From assembly GCF_006345805.1 (NCBI RefSeq), contig NC_043018.1, positions 27,032,001 through 27,096,000 on the forward strand: a DNA stretch of 64,000 nt. Reading direction: 5' to 3'. This DNA comes from Octopus sinensis. Lineage: Eukaryota. Position 1 is the first letter of the stretch. Every line of letters begins with the position of its first letter. The position numbers were made by a program, and so were the translations under genes. The notes beneath the pieces are model-generated. The model was given only the letters and a program-made list of their open reading frames with translations. It was not told the DNA's origin and searched no databases. Shown here in pieces: positions 24,900-37,729 of the stretch.

Positions 24900-24968
<69 letters not shown>

Positions 24969-24979
24969 TATATATATAT

Positions 24980-25745
24980 TTATAATAAGATTAGCTCGTA
25001 TACGAGTGGGTATATATTTGTAAAAAATGAAGTTTGAAAATGCTGCTATATTAGACAAATTTTAATTTTTATTTTTTAACATGTTTCGGTTCTTGAAATG
25101 ACGAACCTTATCAAAAAAAATTATATGTAATAAAGAGAGTTCATGCTATATGTTTTAAAGAGTATGATGTAATAGTTCATAATTGTGACATATATTCAAT
25201 AGAGTCAAATATAAAAAAATTCATATATAATATTCAATAGAGTCAAATATAAAAAATTCATATATAATAAAGGGAGTCCATGCTATATGTTTAAAGAGTA
25301 TGATGTAGTAGTTCATAATTGTGACATACATTCAATAGAGTATAAAAAATTCATGTTCTTGAAAAAGCGAGGAGTTCATTTTAGATTTTACCTTGTGTTC
25401 CAATGGGAGCAACAGTAATGATTTTTGGTTGGTGTCTGTTCGTATAATTTTGGTGAATTTTGTGATTGTTGGGTTTATACCAGCTCAGCTTAGCTGTGGT
25501 CACTTGCACTTTTCACTGACGTCATATAGTTCCAAACCAATCAAAACCCAGTCTCAACGAATATATCCTGTTAGGAAACCAACCAAGCGGAACGACAGTT
25601 TGGCCACGGAAGAAATACGTCATCATTTTTCTGACGAATCGAAATTAGATCTGACCCATGACTGTATCCTGTTAGGTGGCTAGTCCAGCAGAACGAGACG
25701 TCATCAATGTTTTGACCAACCAGAATCGGGTCTGACCCATAGCTG
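24980..25745 (-). mobile_element. Solo pseudo-LTR-like element bounded by (TA)n
   Basis: Promoter-like 5' part (TGACGTCA, TATAAA, internal ~100 bp repeats), AT-rich tandem duplication, degenerate hammerhead at 25072-25120. Confidence 0.5.
25072..25120 (-). ncRNA. Degenerate hammerhead ribozyme
   Basis: tttttt-TTGATAA-ggttc gtcatttcaa gaacc-GAAAC-ATGT-T-aaaaaa. Perfect 5 bp stem II and palindromic ACATGT stem III, with two core substitutions. Confidence 0.6.
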
Positions 25746-25821
25746 TAATATATATATGTGTGTGTATTAATATATATATAATGTATATATATTATATATA
25801 TATATATAGAATATATATATA

Positions 25822-25863
<42 letters not shown>

Positions 25864-25870
25864 GTATATA

Positions 25871-25901
<31 letters not shown>

Positions 25902-25902
25902 G

Positions 25903-25965
<63 letters not shown>

Positions 25966-26819
25966 TATAATATATATATATACATACATAATGTATATAT
26001 ATATGTATAGATATATATATATATAATATACAATAATTATATATATGTATGTATGTATGTATTTATGTATATATTTGTATGTGTGTAGGTGTATATATAT
26101 TCATACGAAGCATCTTAGATGTGAACAGAATTATAACAGATGTGAATGAGTTGTATCTATGGATATCACTGTGATATCTGCTGATAAGCACAGATGTTGC
26201 TATCGATGTTCAAGTACTCTATGAAGCAATTATTGTTGAGTGTGTGTATATATCTATATCTATATCTATATCTGGATCACTAACACGTAAAACAGAATCA
26301 TCGTGTGTGAAACGAGATCACTATCATGAAATGCTAATTTTATCCAATTCGATATGTGTGGTTGTGTTATTCGTTTGTGTGAATGATTAAGTATATGTGT
26401 GTATACGTGTGTGTGATGTGCGCGCACGTGCATGAGAGTAAATTTTATATTCATTATATATAATGAATGAATAAGTGAAGCCATGCAGTACATAGTAGAT
26501 AATTTTATCTCAATATCTGAAATTTTAAACTAAAATTTCGGCATAAAATCCCTTTTGCAAGATTATGAGTTTAGAAAAAAAATCATATCCGCGATAAACA
26601 AAGGAAAGATAAAATTAAAATGTGAAATCGCTGACGTTTTTGATTGTCACTCTAACGTCAATGAGTATCTTTCTACTGAAGCATCTTCCGGACGTGAACG
26701 ATTAAGCAGAATCGGATAGAAAAGGATGACAGCTGTTTCACTAGGTCATGATACTGGTGGTAAATAAATGCCTCCGTTGAGTTGGTGAAATATAACACTG
26801 TGTAAAAAATCTTTTTGTT

Positions 26820-27170
26820 TTTTATCTTTGGTCAGTAAGTGTTATTTCCTATTTGCTTCTATCTAGAAATCAAAGGAAATGACTACTATTCCCTTCAGAC
26901 TTTGCTTTTCTGACCACCTGGACATCAAGGTTTTGAAACTGATCTATTTTCATTTACATTTGAGACCAATTCAGCACTGAGTTGCTTAAGCAGAACTATC
27001 GTTATGGCAAATATTCTGCTCAATACCACAGATTTGCTTGTCAGTTGTTTGACCTTAACCAGTTGAGCATGTCCCATAGTAGCTAACAAAATGTGCATCT
27101 CTGATCATGAGAAGAAGTAGTGGGGGAGCAAAATAGCCATGTGTTGAAAGGTATTCTTTGGGGTTTTAAT
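26820..27170 (+). repeat. Unclassified dispersed repeat
   Basis: tctttggtcagtaagtgttatttcctatttgcttctatctagaaatca... is shared with 15065-15330. Confidence 0.75.
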
Positions 27171-27735
27171 AAATGTAAAAAAAAAGCAAAGTTTGAAGGA
27201 TATATTAGCCATATTTCATACTTTCTAGGGATAAACAAATATGAAATAGCAGTTGCTATCTAGGACAAATATCGTGTTATACCAGTGCTAAATATATATG
27301 ATTTGTGTACGGATTGCGGTTTATATGCAGAACTCTGTTGTATACATAACATAGTTAACAATAAAGGAACAGAATAATTTTATTGAAAGAATAATTTTTA
27401 CTAAAGTCTACCAGCTTCCACTTTTGCATCAAAATCAATCCCATAGAAGGCAGCTTAACTGGCACTTCCTCTAATCTGGTTTCAATGGAATTAATTGTAA
27501 TTAAATCGTTTTTTTCTCGTCTTCCAGTTTGTAAACAAGCGATGATCTGGCAGAATCATTATCGCACCGGACAAAATGCTTGGATGTATTTCTTTCGATT
27601 CATTACTATCTGAGCTCAAATTCCGCCGAGGTCGACTTTGCCTTTCATCCTTTCGGGGTCGATTAAATAAGTACCAGTTACACACAGCATAAATATGGTT
27701 GCTTTCATCTTATATAAAATATATTCACGCATATA

Positions 27736-27907
27736 GGCGCAGGAGTGGCTGTGTGGTAAGTAGCTTGCTTACTAACCACATGGTTCCGGGTTCAGTCCCA
27801 CTGCGTGGCACCTTGGGCATGTGTCTTCTACTATAGCCTCGGACCGACCAACGCCTTGTGAGTGGATTTGGTAGACGGAAACTGTAAAGAAGCCCGTCGT
27901 ATATATG

Positions 27908-27940
<33 letters not shown>

Positions 27941-28135
27941 TTCTGTGTTTGTCCCCCTAGCATTGCTTGACAACCGATGCTGGTGTGTTTACGTCCCCGT
28001 TACTTAGTGGTTCGGCAAAAGAGACCGATAGAATAAGTACCAGGCTTACAAAGAATAAAGTCCTGGGGTCGATTTGCTCGACTAAAGGCGGTGCTCCAGC
28101 ATGGCCGCAGTCAAATGACTGAAACAAGTAAAGAG
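27736..28135 (+). mobile_element. Full-length SINE family A
   Basis: Matches the family consensus from tRNA-like head to aagtaaagag tail. Confidence 0.92.
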
Positions 28136-28602
28136 CATCTCATATACGAAATATATATGTATATCTCTACATATTTATGTGGCAGAGATTTGTTTACATG
28201 AAATTATCGGATGTCACTATGTCATCATTTCCGGTCAATTTCCTTTCGTTCCGACCCCATCCTCCCGACCCCTTCTAAACAGCATGGTAACCATTGTAAC
28301 ACCGAGTCAAATTAATAACGCGTTAGCTTGTATGTTGACGTTATTTTGGGTTTCATAGTAATGTTTAAGCACTATATTTTAAGATCGCTTTCTCAATCAT
28401 CGCTCGAGTAATTACAGAGAGGGATTTAAGCTGGAGTTTATTTTGGGGGTTGTATTTTATGTTGTGTGGGAGTAATTATTGTAGAAGATAGACGTATTGT
28501 ACGGGATTTTTCTTCTTTTTTGCTATATACAATAGATATTTAGGTGGTTACATTGTATTGGAGGAGGATGTGATTTAGAAGAAGTAACAGCACTCAACTA
28601 AC

Positions 28603-28664
<62 letters not shown>

Positions 28665-28704
28665 CATACATACACACATGCACACAGACACACACACACA
28701 CACA

Positions 28705-28752
<48 letters not shown>

Positions 28753-29363
28753 CAAAATAAGCAACCTGTTTCATTATCAATGGTCTGCTAGTGGGCGACC
28801 CCCTTAATTATCAGCTAACATCTTGATTTAATGTTTCCTTTACCAAACCTCATGATATTGCTTCTAATAAATCTTGATTTTTATGACTGTACCAACTATA
28901 ATGTCTGCCTTCTCCCTCAGCCTTACCTCTAATAGATACTGCCCTTTGTTCTCTCAGCCTTAGATATATAAGGGATTAAATAAACTAGACTATAAATTAA
29001 AACTGACAAAATAAAAACAAAAAATCAGTGACAGGCAGAATCTGTAACAATGTATATCTTCTTGGAAAATTCAGTAACTTCTAAACTGGAGTGAGACAGC
29101 ATGTTCTCTGTCTAATTATACTAATGTGTCCATGTGTTCTAATTTAATTTAATTCTATGTCTTTGTGCAGCTGAAAATTGCTCTGCATTTTAAATTGATG
29201 TAATGATTACTGCATTACCTCTGGATATCCTTGTTGCTTATTTTGATTTTAATCACCTTACTTTGAAATTGTATGGATAATACCGTACTAAATTCTGGTG
29301 CCTCAACTTAAGTAGCATATTCATCTGAATCTAAATTTTTGCTGAACTCATCTACCATACCCA

Positions 29364-29400
<37 letters not shown>

Positions 29401-30052
29401 ATAAAAGGGCTTAGTAAAATAAATTACTTTGCCGCATACTGAACTCATTAGAAATAGCAGCTAAAAAACTTTTTTAAAGCTATTTCTAATACTTAAAGAA
29501 AATCTCTCTCATATATAGTGTTTGCTTAATTCAACTCACAAAAGTTTGGGGGTAAGGACATCGAAAAATCAAATGCTAAGGTTATTTGAGAACGTACGTT
29601 TCAAGATTAGTCAAAAACAACACTTCTATCATCAGCTCAGAAATTCCTTGGTTTGGATTTGGAAACACTGAAAATAAGAACATACCCTTTCGAAGATCTG
29701 CTCGTAACTAACAGTGCCAACAAATTCAATTTGTTGGCACTGTTAGTTACGAGCAGATCTTCGAAAGGGTATGTTCTTATTTTCAGTGTTTCCAAATCCA
29801 AACCAAGGAATTTCTGAGCTGATGATAGAAGTGTTGTTTTTGACTAATCTTGAAACGTACGTTCTCAAATACCTTAGCATTTGATTTTTCGATGTCCTTA
29901 CCCCCAAACTTTTGTGAGTTGAATTAAGCAAACACTATATATGAGAGAGATTTTCTTTAAGTATTAGAAATAGCTTTAAAAAAGTTTTTTAGCTGCTATT
30001 TCTAATGAGTTCAGTATGCGGCAAAGTAATTTATTTTACTAAGCCCTTTTAT
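29401..30052. repeat. Near-perfect 652 bp palindrome (1 nt spacer at 29727)
   Basis: Arms of about 326 bp read as exact reverse complements by eye, except one 1 nt indel. The right arm continues unpaired to about 30155 and into (TA)n. Confidence 0.97.
29815..29867 (+). ncRNA. Type I hammerhead ribozyme with canonical core (mirror copy at 29587-29639, - strand)
   Basis: tgag-CTGATGA-t aga agt gttgtttttg act aa tct t-GAAA-CGTAC-GTT-ctca. Stem I tgag/ctca, bulged stem II, palindromic ACGTACGT stem III, GUU cleavage triplet. Confidence 0.75.
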
Positions 30053-30155
30053 ATAATGTAATAATTTGAATTCGCCTTGAATGGTCCCTTTGCATACTGA
30101 ACACTTGGTGAAATTGATTAATAATAATTAATTAATTTTGCCCTCAATTGTTGAA

Positions 30156-30268
<113 letters not shown>

Positions 30269-31099
30269 TAAAACTTACTTGGAAAAGGATGCGTGGTGTT
30301 CGATCATTTAATAATATAAATAATATATAAATATATGCATAAATACATACGTATATGTACATACCGACATATATATGTATATATACATGCATATATGGGT
30401 ACAGGGCAACAAAAAAACGTTGAACACATTGAGAAACGAAAACATGTAAACAAAAACATAGAAACGAACTTGTTTTCGAACAACGAAAAAAACAAACAGA
30501 GAAACGAGACATACAACATAAAGAATATTCCCCTTCTTCAGTTGTCCCTGTTTCATCTAAGGCAAGGACAAGACGCAACTTAGTTGAAACAATCCTTCCC
30601 GCAAGGCAAATTATATAAAATTTGTGATTTTTTGCGGAGGGTGAAAGTGGTAACAAGAACAGGACAGTGAGAACAAAACAGTAAAAACAATAAAAAAAGT
30701 AAAAACAGTAAAACACAGAACAATGAAAACAAAACAGTAAAAACAAGCGGTGAGGGCTGTTAAGCCAAAACGATACAAAATATTATTCTGAACGCTTAGG
30801 AAGACGAGCTTATGAAGGAGACTGTACAAGCACGTTTAGTCTTTACGAAGGTTGTGGGTAGAAAGATAGATTTCTCTTCTTTGTCTCTCTCTCTCCCTCT
30901 CTTGTTCTTCATCCATTCGGGTTTTCTCTCCCACCCTTCCCCTCTCCTCTTCACCGTTCCCCCTCTCTCACTCCCCCTCCTCGACTCTCTCGTCGCTGAG
31001 AATAGTCGTGCTGTTCTCTGCCCAAACACTTTGTCAGCCTACAGCTGCATGCGTTCATATATGATTGATCCCCTATTGGAGACTGTTAAGTAAATATTT

Positions 31100-31830
31100 G
31101 GGGGGGATCTTGATTTTAAACACGTTTTTTCAATCCTTTAAGGATAATCATTGTTTTCAATACCTTTCCTGCAGCATTAACACACAACACATCAGTAAAA
31201 CGAACTTTGGTAGCACCACAGTGACTAGCATCTACATTTTTATTGCCAACAAAGTCTATGGTTGTTGAACTCAACATGTCAACGTATACAGGTGTTTCAT
31301 CCATATTATGGTCAGCATCCTTATCTGCTGTTAATACTGGACTGCTATCTAGATAGTCACTGGCGATTTGTGCCGTTTCTCCAAGTGTTTCATTGTCTGC
31401 TTGACCAACATGTGTAATCTTGCTCACAGTCAGTTTATTCCGTTTCATGAAATTGAAAATCCATTTACCAGAACATCTAAAGCTGTTCATTTCAATTCCA
31501 AACCTTTTCACCAATTCAAAAGTATATTCCCGTAAACGGTGATAATTTACAATTATTTTGTTTGCACGCTGAACAACAATCCACTGTAAGAATTCATTCT
31601 CTAGGTCTCTGTGTGCTGGTCCTCTACCTCCACCAATTGATCTGCGCCTCTTCTTGTCTGATATATCGATTAACTCAGTTTCTTTTGTGCACCATTCTCT
31701 CAATCGTTCTCTATCAATACCTAAGTCTCTTGATGCAGCAGATAAATTACCAGAATGTTCTTTCACTCGTTTAATAGCACTCAATATTTAACTAATGGTA
31801 TATGATTGTTGAACACGTTTTTATATATTT
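31100..31830 (-). mobile_element. pogo/Tigger-like transposase remnant
   Basis: Brinker-like DNA-binding segment (SYT..stop..LSAIK...AASRDLGIDRERLREW), CENP-B-type HTH (LENEFLQWI...FRCSGKWIFNFMKRN), and the start of the DDE domain (NMDETPVYVDM...RFT). C-terminus truncated. Confidence 0.9.
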
Positions 31831-32150
31831 TCTTTCGACTCCGTTATGGGGAATAAATATCAGATCACGAAGCAACGACGACGAATATAATCGGATCATA
31901 CAAGTGGCGTGGTGCAGCCGACGAACTATCAGATAGCGATAATCAATCAAAGGAGTGTTACATTACTCCTCCGACGAAATAAAGCTAGTGCCGAAAAGAG
32001 CAAATGAACGTCTAAACAGAATGCAAACAAGAACACTAACTTTGTTTCAACTTTTAGCCACAAATAACCACCCATGGGTGAACCCCGGTATTTAGTGGAA
32101 ATGAAATGTAAAAAGACAGTTAAAGGTCGAATTTTATAGATTGGTAGAAA

Positions 32151-32430
32151 TTACTTGTAGGAACTAAAGGTATATTTTTGCCAATGTTTGCAACGATAAA
32201 CACGTTCTTTAAATGCGTTTACAAGAGAATTCTCTGAGGACAGGATAAGATAGAGTTCTTCGTTACAGAGCGGACAAGAAGATTTACCTTTATCATATGG
32301 AAAGGACCTAGATAGAATATTCCATTCCAAATCAAATTGTTTATTATGCTCTTTCAGAGACCAAATTAATTTACTAAGCCCAGTATTGTTGCGTTTATTG
32401 ATGTCTAAATGTAGAGTAATGGTTAGATCA
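32151..32430 (-). mobile_element. Second Penelope-like GIY-YIG C-terminal remnant
   Basis: SNHYSTFRH (frameshift) NNTGLSKLIWSLKEHNKQFDLEWNILSRSFPYDKGKSSCPLCNEELYLIL...VYRCKHWQKY-stop. Confidence 0.8.
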
Positions 32431-32601
32431 AAAATACTAATATTAAATGTACGTCACGATGCGTTGTAGCTACTGTTTATAACTCGCTCTGAGATTTATT
32501 ATTGCTTGTTTACACTTTTTCGATATCAGTGTCTATCGATACTGGAAAAAGTATAAGTGTTTATGAAAGGAACCTGCTTCTCATCGACAACTGTGATTGT
32601 C

Positions 32602-32638
32602 ACTAGCCGATGACGGGTCAATATCCAGAAACTCTAGT
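32602..32638 (+). ncRNA. Degenerate hammerhead-like motif
   Basis: actag-CCGATGA-cgg gtcaatat cca-GAAACT-ctagt. Perfect 5 bp stem I. Stem III appears deleted. Confidence 0.4.
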
Positions 32639-33341
32639 CCGTGTGTATCATAAGTTGAAGACGGGAAGGATGGTTTCCCTTTGCAAACACTGATAGGGCA
32701 CAGAAAGTGTGTCTATGGCCAGCTGGAGGAGGTGTCCTCCTGGGGTTGCAAACTACAGTAGCATCCACCCTTAGGGGCTAGCCATATTTAAATGGCAAAT
32801 GTACGTCACTAATATTATTGTTATTATTGTTCAAAGAATGGTTGGTGTGAATAATATCAATGTTATTATTTTCATTAAGTGGATTTGTATTTAACAACTT
32901 ATTGTTATGCGGAGAGAAGCCCTTAGCCTAAGATTGCACGCCGTGGGACTGAACTCCAAACTACATTGTTGCAAAGTCAGTTTCTTAAGCATAAAGCCAT
33001 GTCTGTCATGAGGAATTTAAACAACTCCACCAAGCGATAACAACATCACCACCACCACCACCGGTAGCAGGAACATCAACATTAAGAAGCGTGTCCTCAA
33101 TCTTAATGTTCAAAGAAGAAGGCGGACAATTAGCAATGATAAATAACCGGTTTGCTTGTCTTAGATCTGCAAGATGTGAAGAGGGGGGGAATAGAGCGAG
33201 AAAAAGAAGGAAAGAACGAAGGAAGAAAGAATAACCGGTTTGTCTGTCTTGGTTCTGCAAGATGTGAAGACTGAGGAGGGAAATAGAGCGAGTAAAAGAA
33301 AGAAAGATCAAAGAAAGAATGAAGAAACAAAGAGAGAAGGA

Positions 33342-33372
<31 letters not shown>

Positions 33373-33466
33373 GAGTAAGCAAAGAGAGAAAGAGGGAGAG
33401 AGAGAGAGAGAAACAGAGAGAAAGAGAGAGAGAGAGAGAAAAGCGGCGTGTGTGCCTATATATATA

Positions 33467-33527
<61 letters not shown>

Positions 33528-33628
33528 GAGTAGGAAAGGGGGTGAGAGGGTGAAAGTGAGAAAGAGGGGTAGAGAGAAAGAGAAAGAGGAGGAAAGAAAG
33601 AGAGAGATAGAGAGAAAAGGAAAGAAGG

Positions 33629-33706
<78 letters not shown>

Positions 33707-33837
33707 GACATTCCAGAGTATTGAATATGACTAAATAATTATAGTTATTCTATCTCAGTATATAATACATTGACATAAAAGAAAGGCTCGTCGTTTTGTT
33801 CTGTCAACCGTTTTGTTCGATGGATGAGGATGATGAC

Positions 33838-33933
<96 letters not shown>

Positions 33934-33934
33934 G

Positions 33935-34700
33935 AGGGGTTTAAGTCGATACATCGACCTCAGTGCGTGACTGGTACTTATTTAATTGACCCCGAAAGGA
34001 TGAAAGGCAAAGTCGACTTCGGCGGAATTTGAACTCAGAACGTAGCGGCAGACGAAATACCTATTTCTTTACTGCCCAGAAGGGGCTACACACAGAGGGG
34101 AGAAACAAGGACAGACAAACGGATTAAGTCGATTACATCGACCCCAGAGCGTAACTGGTACTTATTTAATCGACCCCGAAAGGATGAAAGGCAAAGTCGA
34201 CCTCGGCGGAATTTGAACTCAGAACGTAGTGGTAGACGAAATACCTATTTCTATTTCTTTACTACCCACAAGGGTGTCTGTCCTTGTTTATCCTCTCTGT
34301 GTTTAGCCCCTTGTGGGTAGTAAAGAAATAGGTATTTCGTCTGCCGTTACGTTTTGAGTTCAAATTCCGCCGAGGTCGACTTTGTCTTTCATCCTTTCGG
34401 GGTTGATAAATTAAGTACTAGTTACGCACTGGAGTCGATATAATCGACTTAATCCGTTTGTCTGTCCTTGTTTGTCCCCTCTATGTTTAGCCCTTTGTGG
34501 GCAATAAAGAAATAAGAATCGTTAGCATGCTGAGCAAAATGTTTAGCGGTATTTTGTCTGTCCCATGCTCTGAGTTCAAATTCCGCCGATGTCGATTTTT
34601 CCTTTCCTCCTTTAAAGGTCAATAAAGCAAGTACAAGTTGTGTACTAGGGTCGATGTAATCGACTTAATCCCTTTCCCCGAAATTGCTGGCCTTGTGCCA
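33935..34700. mobile_element. SINE B composite (minus multimer, inversion junction, plus multimer)
   Basis: Junctions at about 34052, 34235 and 34325. Shares private variants with 12585-13275. Confidence 0.9.
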
Positions 34701-35446
34701 AAAATTGAAACCATTATCATTAAGGTGGTGAGCTGACAGAATTGTTAGAATGCCGGACAAAGTGCTTAGCAGCATTTCGTTCGTCTTCATGGTTTAAGTT
34801 CAAATTCCGCCGCGGTCCACTTTGCCATTTATCTTTTCAGGGTCGATGAGATAAAGACCAGTTGAGCAGTAGAGGCGTTGTTAACGACTGACCCCTTCCC
34901 CATAAGGCCTTTTGCATATAGGAGAAATGATTGTTGAAATCATCGCTACCTTGTGTACCTTTCACACACACACGCACACTTGTAAGGTGTGCTTCCCGTG
35001 AAATTCTTTCCACATCACAAAAACTTACTGAACGCAGGACCACGTAGACCAAACTTACTGGCAAAACTCACCGTCGTTATAATGAACCCAGAACTCCCCG
35101 CCTCTCTCACCTGTTAGGTAAATGAGATGGTACAGTACTAGGTTTGAACAATGGTCGGGGGGTGAATAAAATGATATGTTTAGAGAAAATAAATAAAAGG
35201 TTTCTGGTAATAACAGTGTTATTTTGACCCTGGTTCTGGAGACATTGTCACCTGACAGAATGACATTTGTTAATTAATAGGTGTCAGAATTGTAAGGTGA
35301 ACCACAGAAAACACAAAAACAGCCGCGACCACAACGATTATAACACCAACGAAACAATGAATGTGATTGTAAGCACCCTCGATCCAGTAGACATAGCAGC
35401 CAAATCTTCTTTGAGTCACTTGGAATCAGCTTAAGCATTTTCATAT

Positions 35447-35682
35447 ATATATTTCTTTACTATCCACAATGGGCTAAACACAGAGGAGACAAACAAGGAC
35501 AGACAAAGGAATTAAGTCGATTACATCGACTCCAGTGCGTAACTGGTACTTAATTTATCGACCTCGGAAGGATGAAAGGCAAAGTCGACCCCAGCGGAAT
35601 TTGAACTCAGAACGTAACGGCGGACGAAATACGGCTATGCATTTCGCCCGGCATGCTAACGTTTCTGCCAGCTCACCGCCTT
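35447..35682 (-). mobile_element. SINE B monomer with target-site duplication
   Basis: Flanked by the direct repeat ttaagcattttcatata (about 17 bp). Confidence 0.85.
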
Positions 35683-36138
35683 AAGCATTTTCATATAGGC
35701 GCAGGAGTGGCTGTGTGGGAAGTAGCTTGCTTACGGACCACATGGTTCCTCTTATTAAATGTGTTTGCGTAAGTGAAGGCGGTGAGCTGGCAGAAACGTT
35801 AGCACGCCGGGCGAAATGCGTAGCTGTATTTCGTCCGCCGTTACGTTCTGAGTTCAAATTCCGCCGAGGTCGACTTTGCCTTTCATCCTTTCGGGGTCGA
35901 TTAAATAAGTACCAGTTACGCACTGGGGTCGAGATAATCGACTTAATCCGTTTGTCGCGAAATGCTTAGCAGCATTGCATACGTCTTTATGTTCTGAGTT
36001 CAAATCCCTTTTGGAATCGATAAAATAAGTACCAGTAGCGCAGTGGGATCAGAGTAATCGACTTACCCCTCTCCTAGAATTGCTGGCCTTGGGACAACAT
36101 TTGAAGTGTATTTGTGTGTGTGTGTGTGTGTGAAAGAG

Positions 36139-36172
<34 letters not shown>

Positions 36173-36312
36173 ATAAATTAAAGGAAGAGGAAGGAGAAAG
36201 TAGTAATAGGTTGAGTGAGAAATGACACGTATAAAGACAGAACTACAACGAGACGAGAAGAGGTGAGTAAAATCTTAAAATCATAAAAGGAGGTTAGGAA
36301 GAAGGAAGTGGT

Positions 36313-36355
<43 letters not shown>

Positions 36356-36603
36356 AGATGGTATAGATGAATCGATATTAGCTTCATACAAGCAGATATA
36401 GTCAGATTTATAGACACAAAATGCCAGACAAATAAATGGAAACATTCAGTTATATAGGAGAGAGATAGAGTTACGTTGACTTAGATTTATAGATGGTCAC
36501 AGTGATACAAGCAACGAAACAGCTGTGAAAGACAGACAGTAGGATAAATGCATATCTGAATTCAAATGTACAGATAGGTGTAAATATAAATACTATAATA
36601 TAC

Positions 36604-37024
36604 GGATCTTTTCGCTTTGAACGGCAGTTTTTTCTAGCGGTGTCATATGAAATTGTCACCCATAATTATAACCCTAGAATCTATCTATTGCATTTCAATC
36701 TGTTTTAGGGTTAGGGTTAGGGGTTGGGGGGAAGGGTATCTTTTTTTTCTTCAGAAATGTAAATAAACCCAATCTGTTTCTTAAACGAGAGACATATTCA
36801 TACGGCACAGAATGTTTTCACCTCAATAGACGTCATTGATTGGTTAAAATTGCAGAAATTGAAGAAAAGACAACTACAAATAGCTTACAAACTATAGAAT
36901 TTTCTCAATAAAGCCAAGAGAAAAAAGATGTTTTATTAACACATTCTACCAGTATACGAAGTTTAAAAGTGTTTAGTTACGTGGAAATTATTTTAAAAAC
37001 TGCCGCTCAAACCGAAAAAGATCC
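36604..37024. mobile_element. Non-autonomous DNA transposon (Merlin-like MITE)
   Basis: Terminal inverted repeats GGATCTTTTCG..TTGAACGGCAGTTTTT, 8 bp TSD taatatac, internal (TTAGGG)n. Confidence 0.85.
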
Positions 37025-37039
37025 TAATATACTAAATGT

Positions 37040-37315
37040 ATTATAATGTAAGTGGCCCGTTAGCAATCAACACCTAAACGCAAGTTAACAGTACCGGCAA
37101 TTTCTAGAAATAAGAATCAAAAACAACTCACTATAGAAAGGTGCTTTAGCTTGCTCCCTCGCTTTTCTTAAATTCATTAGGTTAGTGCTTTGTGTGGCTA
37201 TTCGAGTCGTTTTTGAGTCTTATTTCTAGCAATTGCCGGTACTAATTTGTACACTTGTTTATTAACTAGCCTTTAGGTTTTGATGGCTAACGGGCCACCT
37301 ACATTATAATATATT
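37040..37315. mobile_element. Fold-back MITE-like element
   Basis: tattataatgtaagtggcccgttagc / gctaacgggccacctacattataata, plus an inner pair agtaccggcaatttctagaaataaga / tcttatttctagcaattgccggtact. Confidence 0.75.
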
Positions 37316-37364
37316 TAATATGCGAGCTGGCAGAAACGTTAGCACGCCGGGCGAAATGTTTAGC

Positions 37365-37462
37365 AGTATTGAACGAAACTCCATGTATAGCATTTGAAAG
37401 AGATCGAAAATCCGTTGGTGCCAAATCAGGAGAGTACGGCGGGTGTGGTAGTACTTCCAATT
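37365..37462 (-). mobile_element. Mariner transposase fragment between two SINE B pieces
   Basis: LEVLPHPPYSPDLAPTDF (YSPDLAP motif). Confidence 0.85.
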
Positions 37463-37683
37463 TCTTTACTACCCACAAGGAGCTAAACACAGAGAGGACA
37501 AACAAGGACAGATAAACGTATTAAGTCGATTACATCGACCCCAGTGCGTAACTGGTACTTAATTTATCGACCCCGAAAGGATGAAAGGCAAAGTCGACCT
37601 CGGCGGAATTTGAACTCACAACGTAACGACAGACGAAATACCGTTAAGCATTTTGCCCGGCGAGCTGACAATTCTGTCAGCTC

Positions 37684-37729
<46 letters not shown>

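Larger units (their letters stand above)
22480..24902 (-). mobile_element. Penelope-like retroelement (Neptune-like), 5'-truncated, inserted in (TA)n
   Basis: RT-GIY-YIG ORF, pyrimidine-rich 3' region, hammerhead near the 3' end, (TA)n on both sides. Confidence 0.93.

Noticed and set aside
26090-26760. Hammerhead-like half motifs (gaagcatctt..gtgaac twice; GAAACAGCTGTC on the - strand)
   Set aside because: Too degenerate to assign. The core or stems are missing.
28760-29360. Possible decayed LINE endonuclease region
   Set aside because: Only vague similarity, with stops in all frames. It cannot be supported without a search.
36705-36735. Interstitial telomere or chromosome fusion signature
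   Set aside because: Only 2-4 repeats, always inside the MITE family with TSDs.
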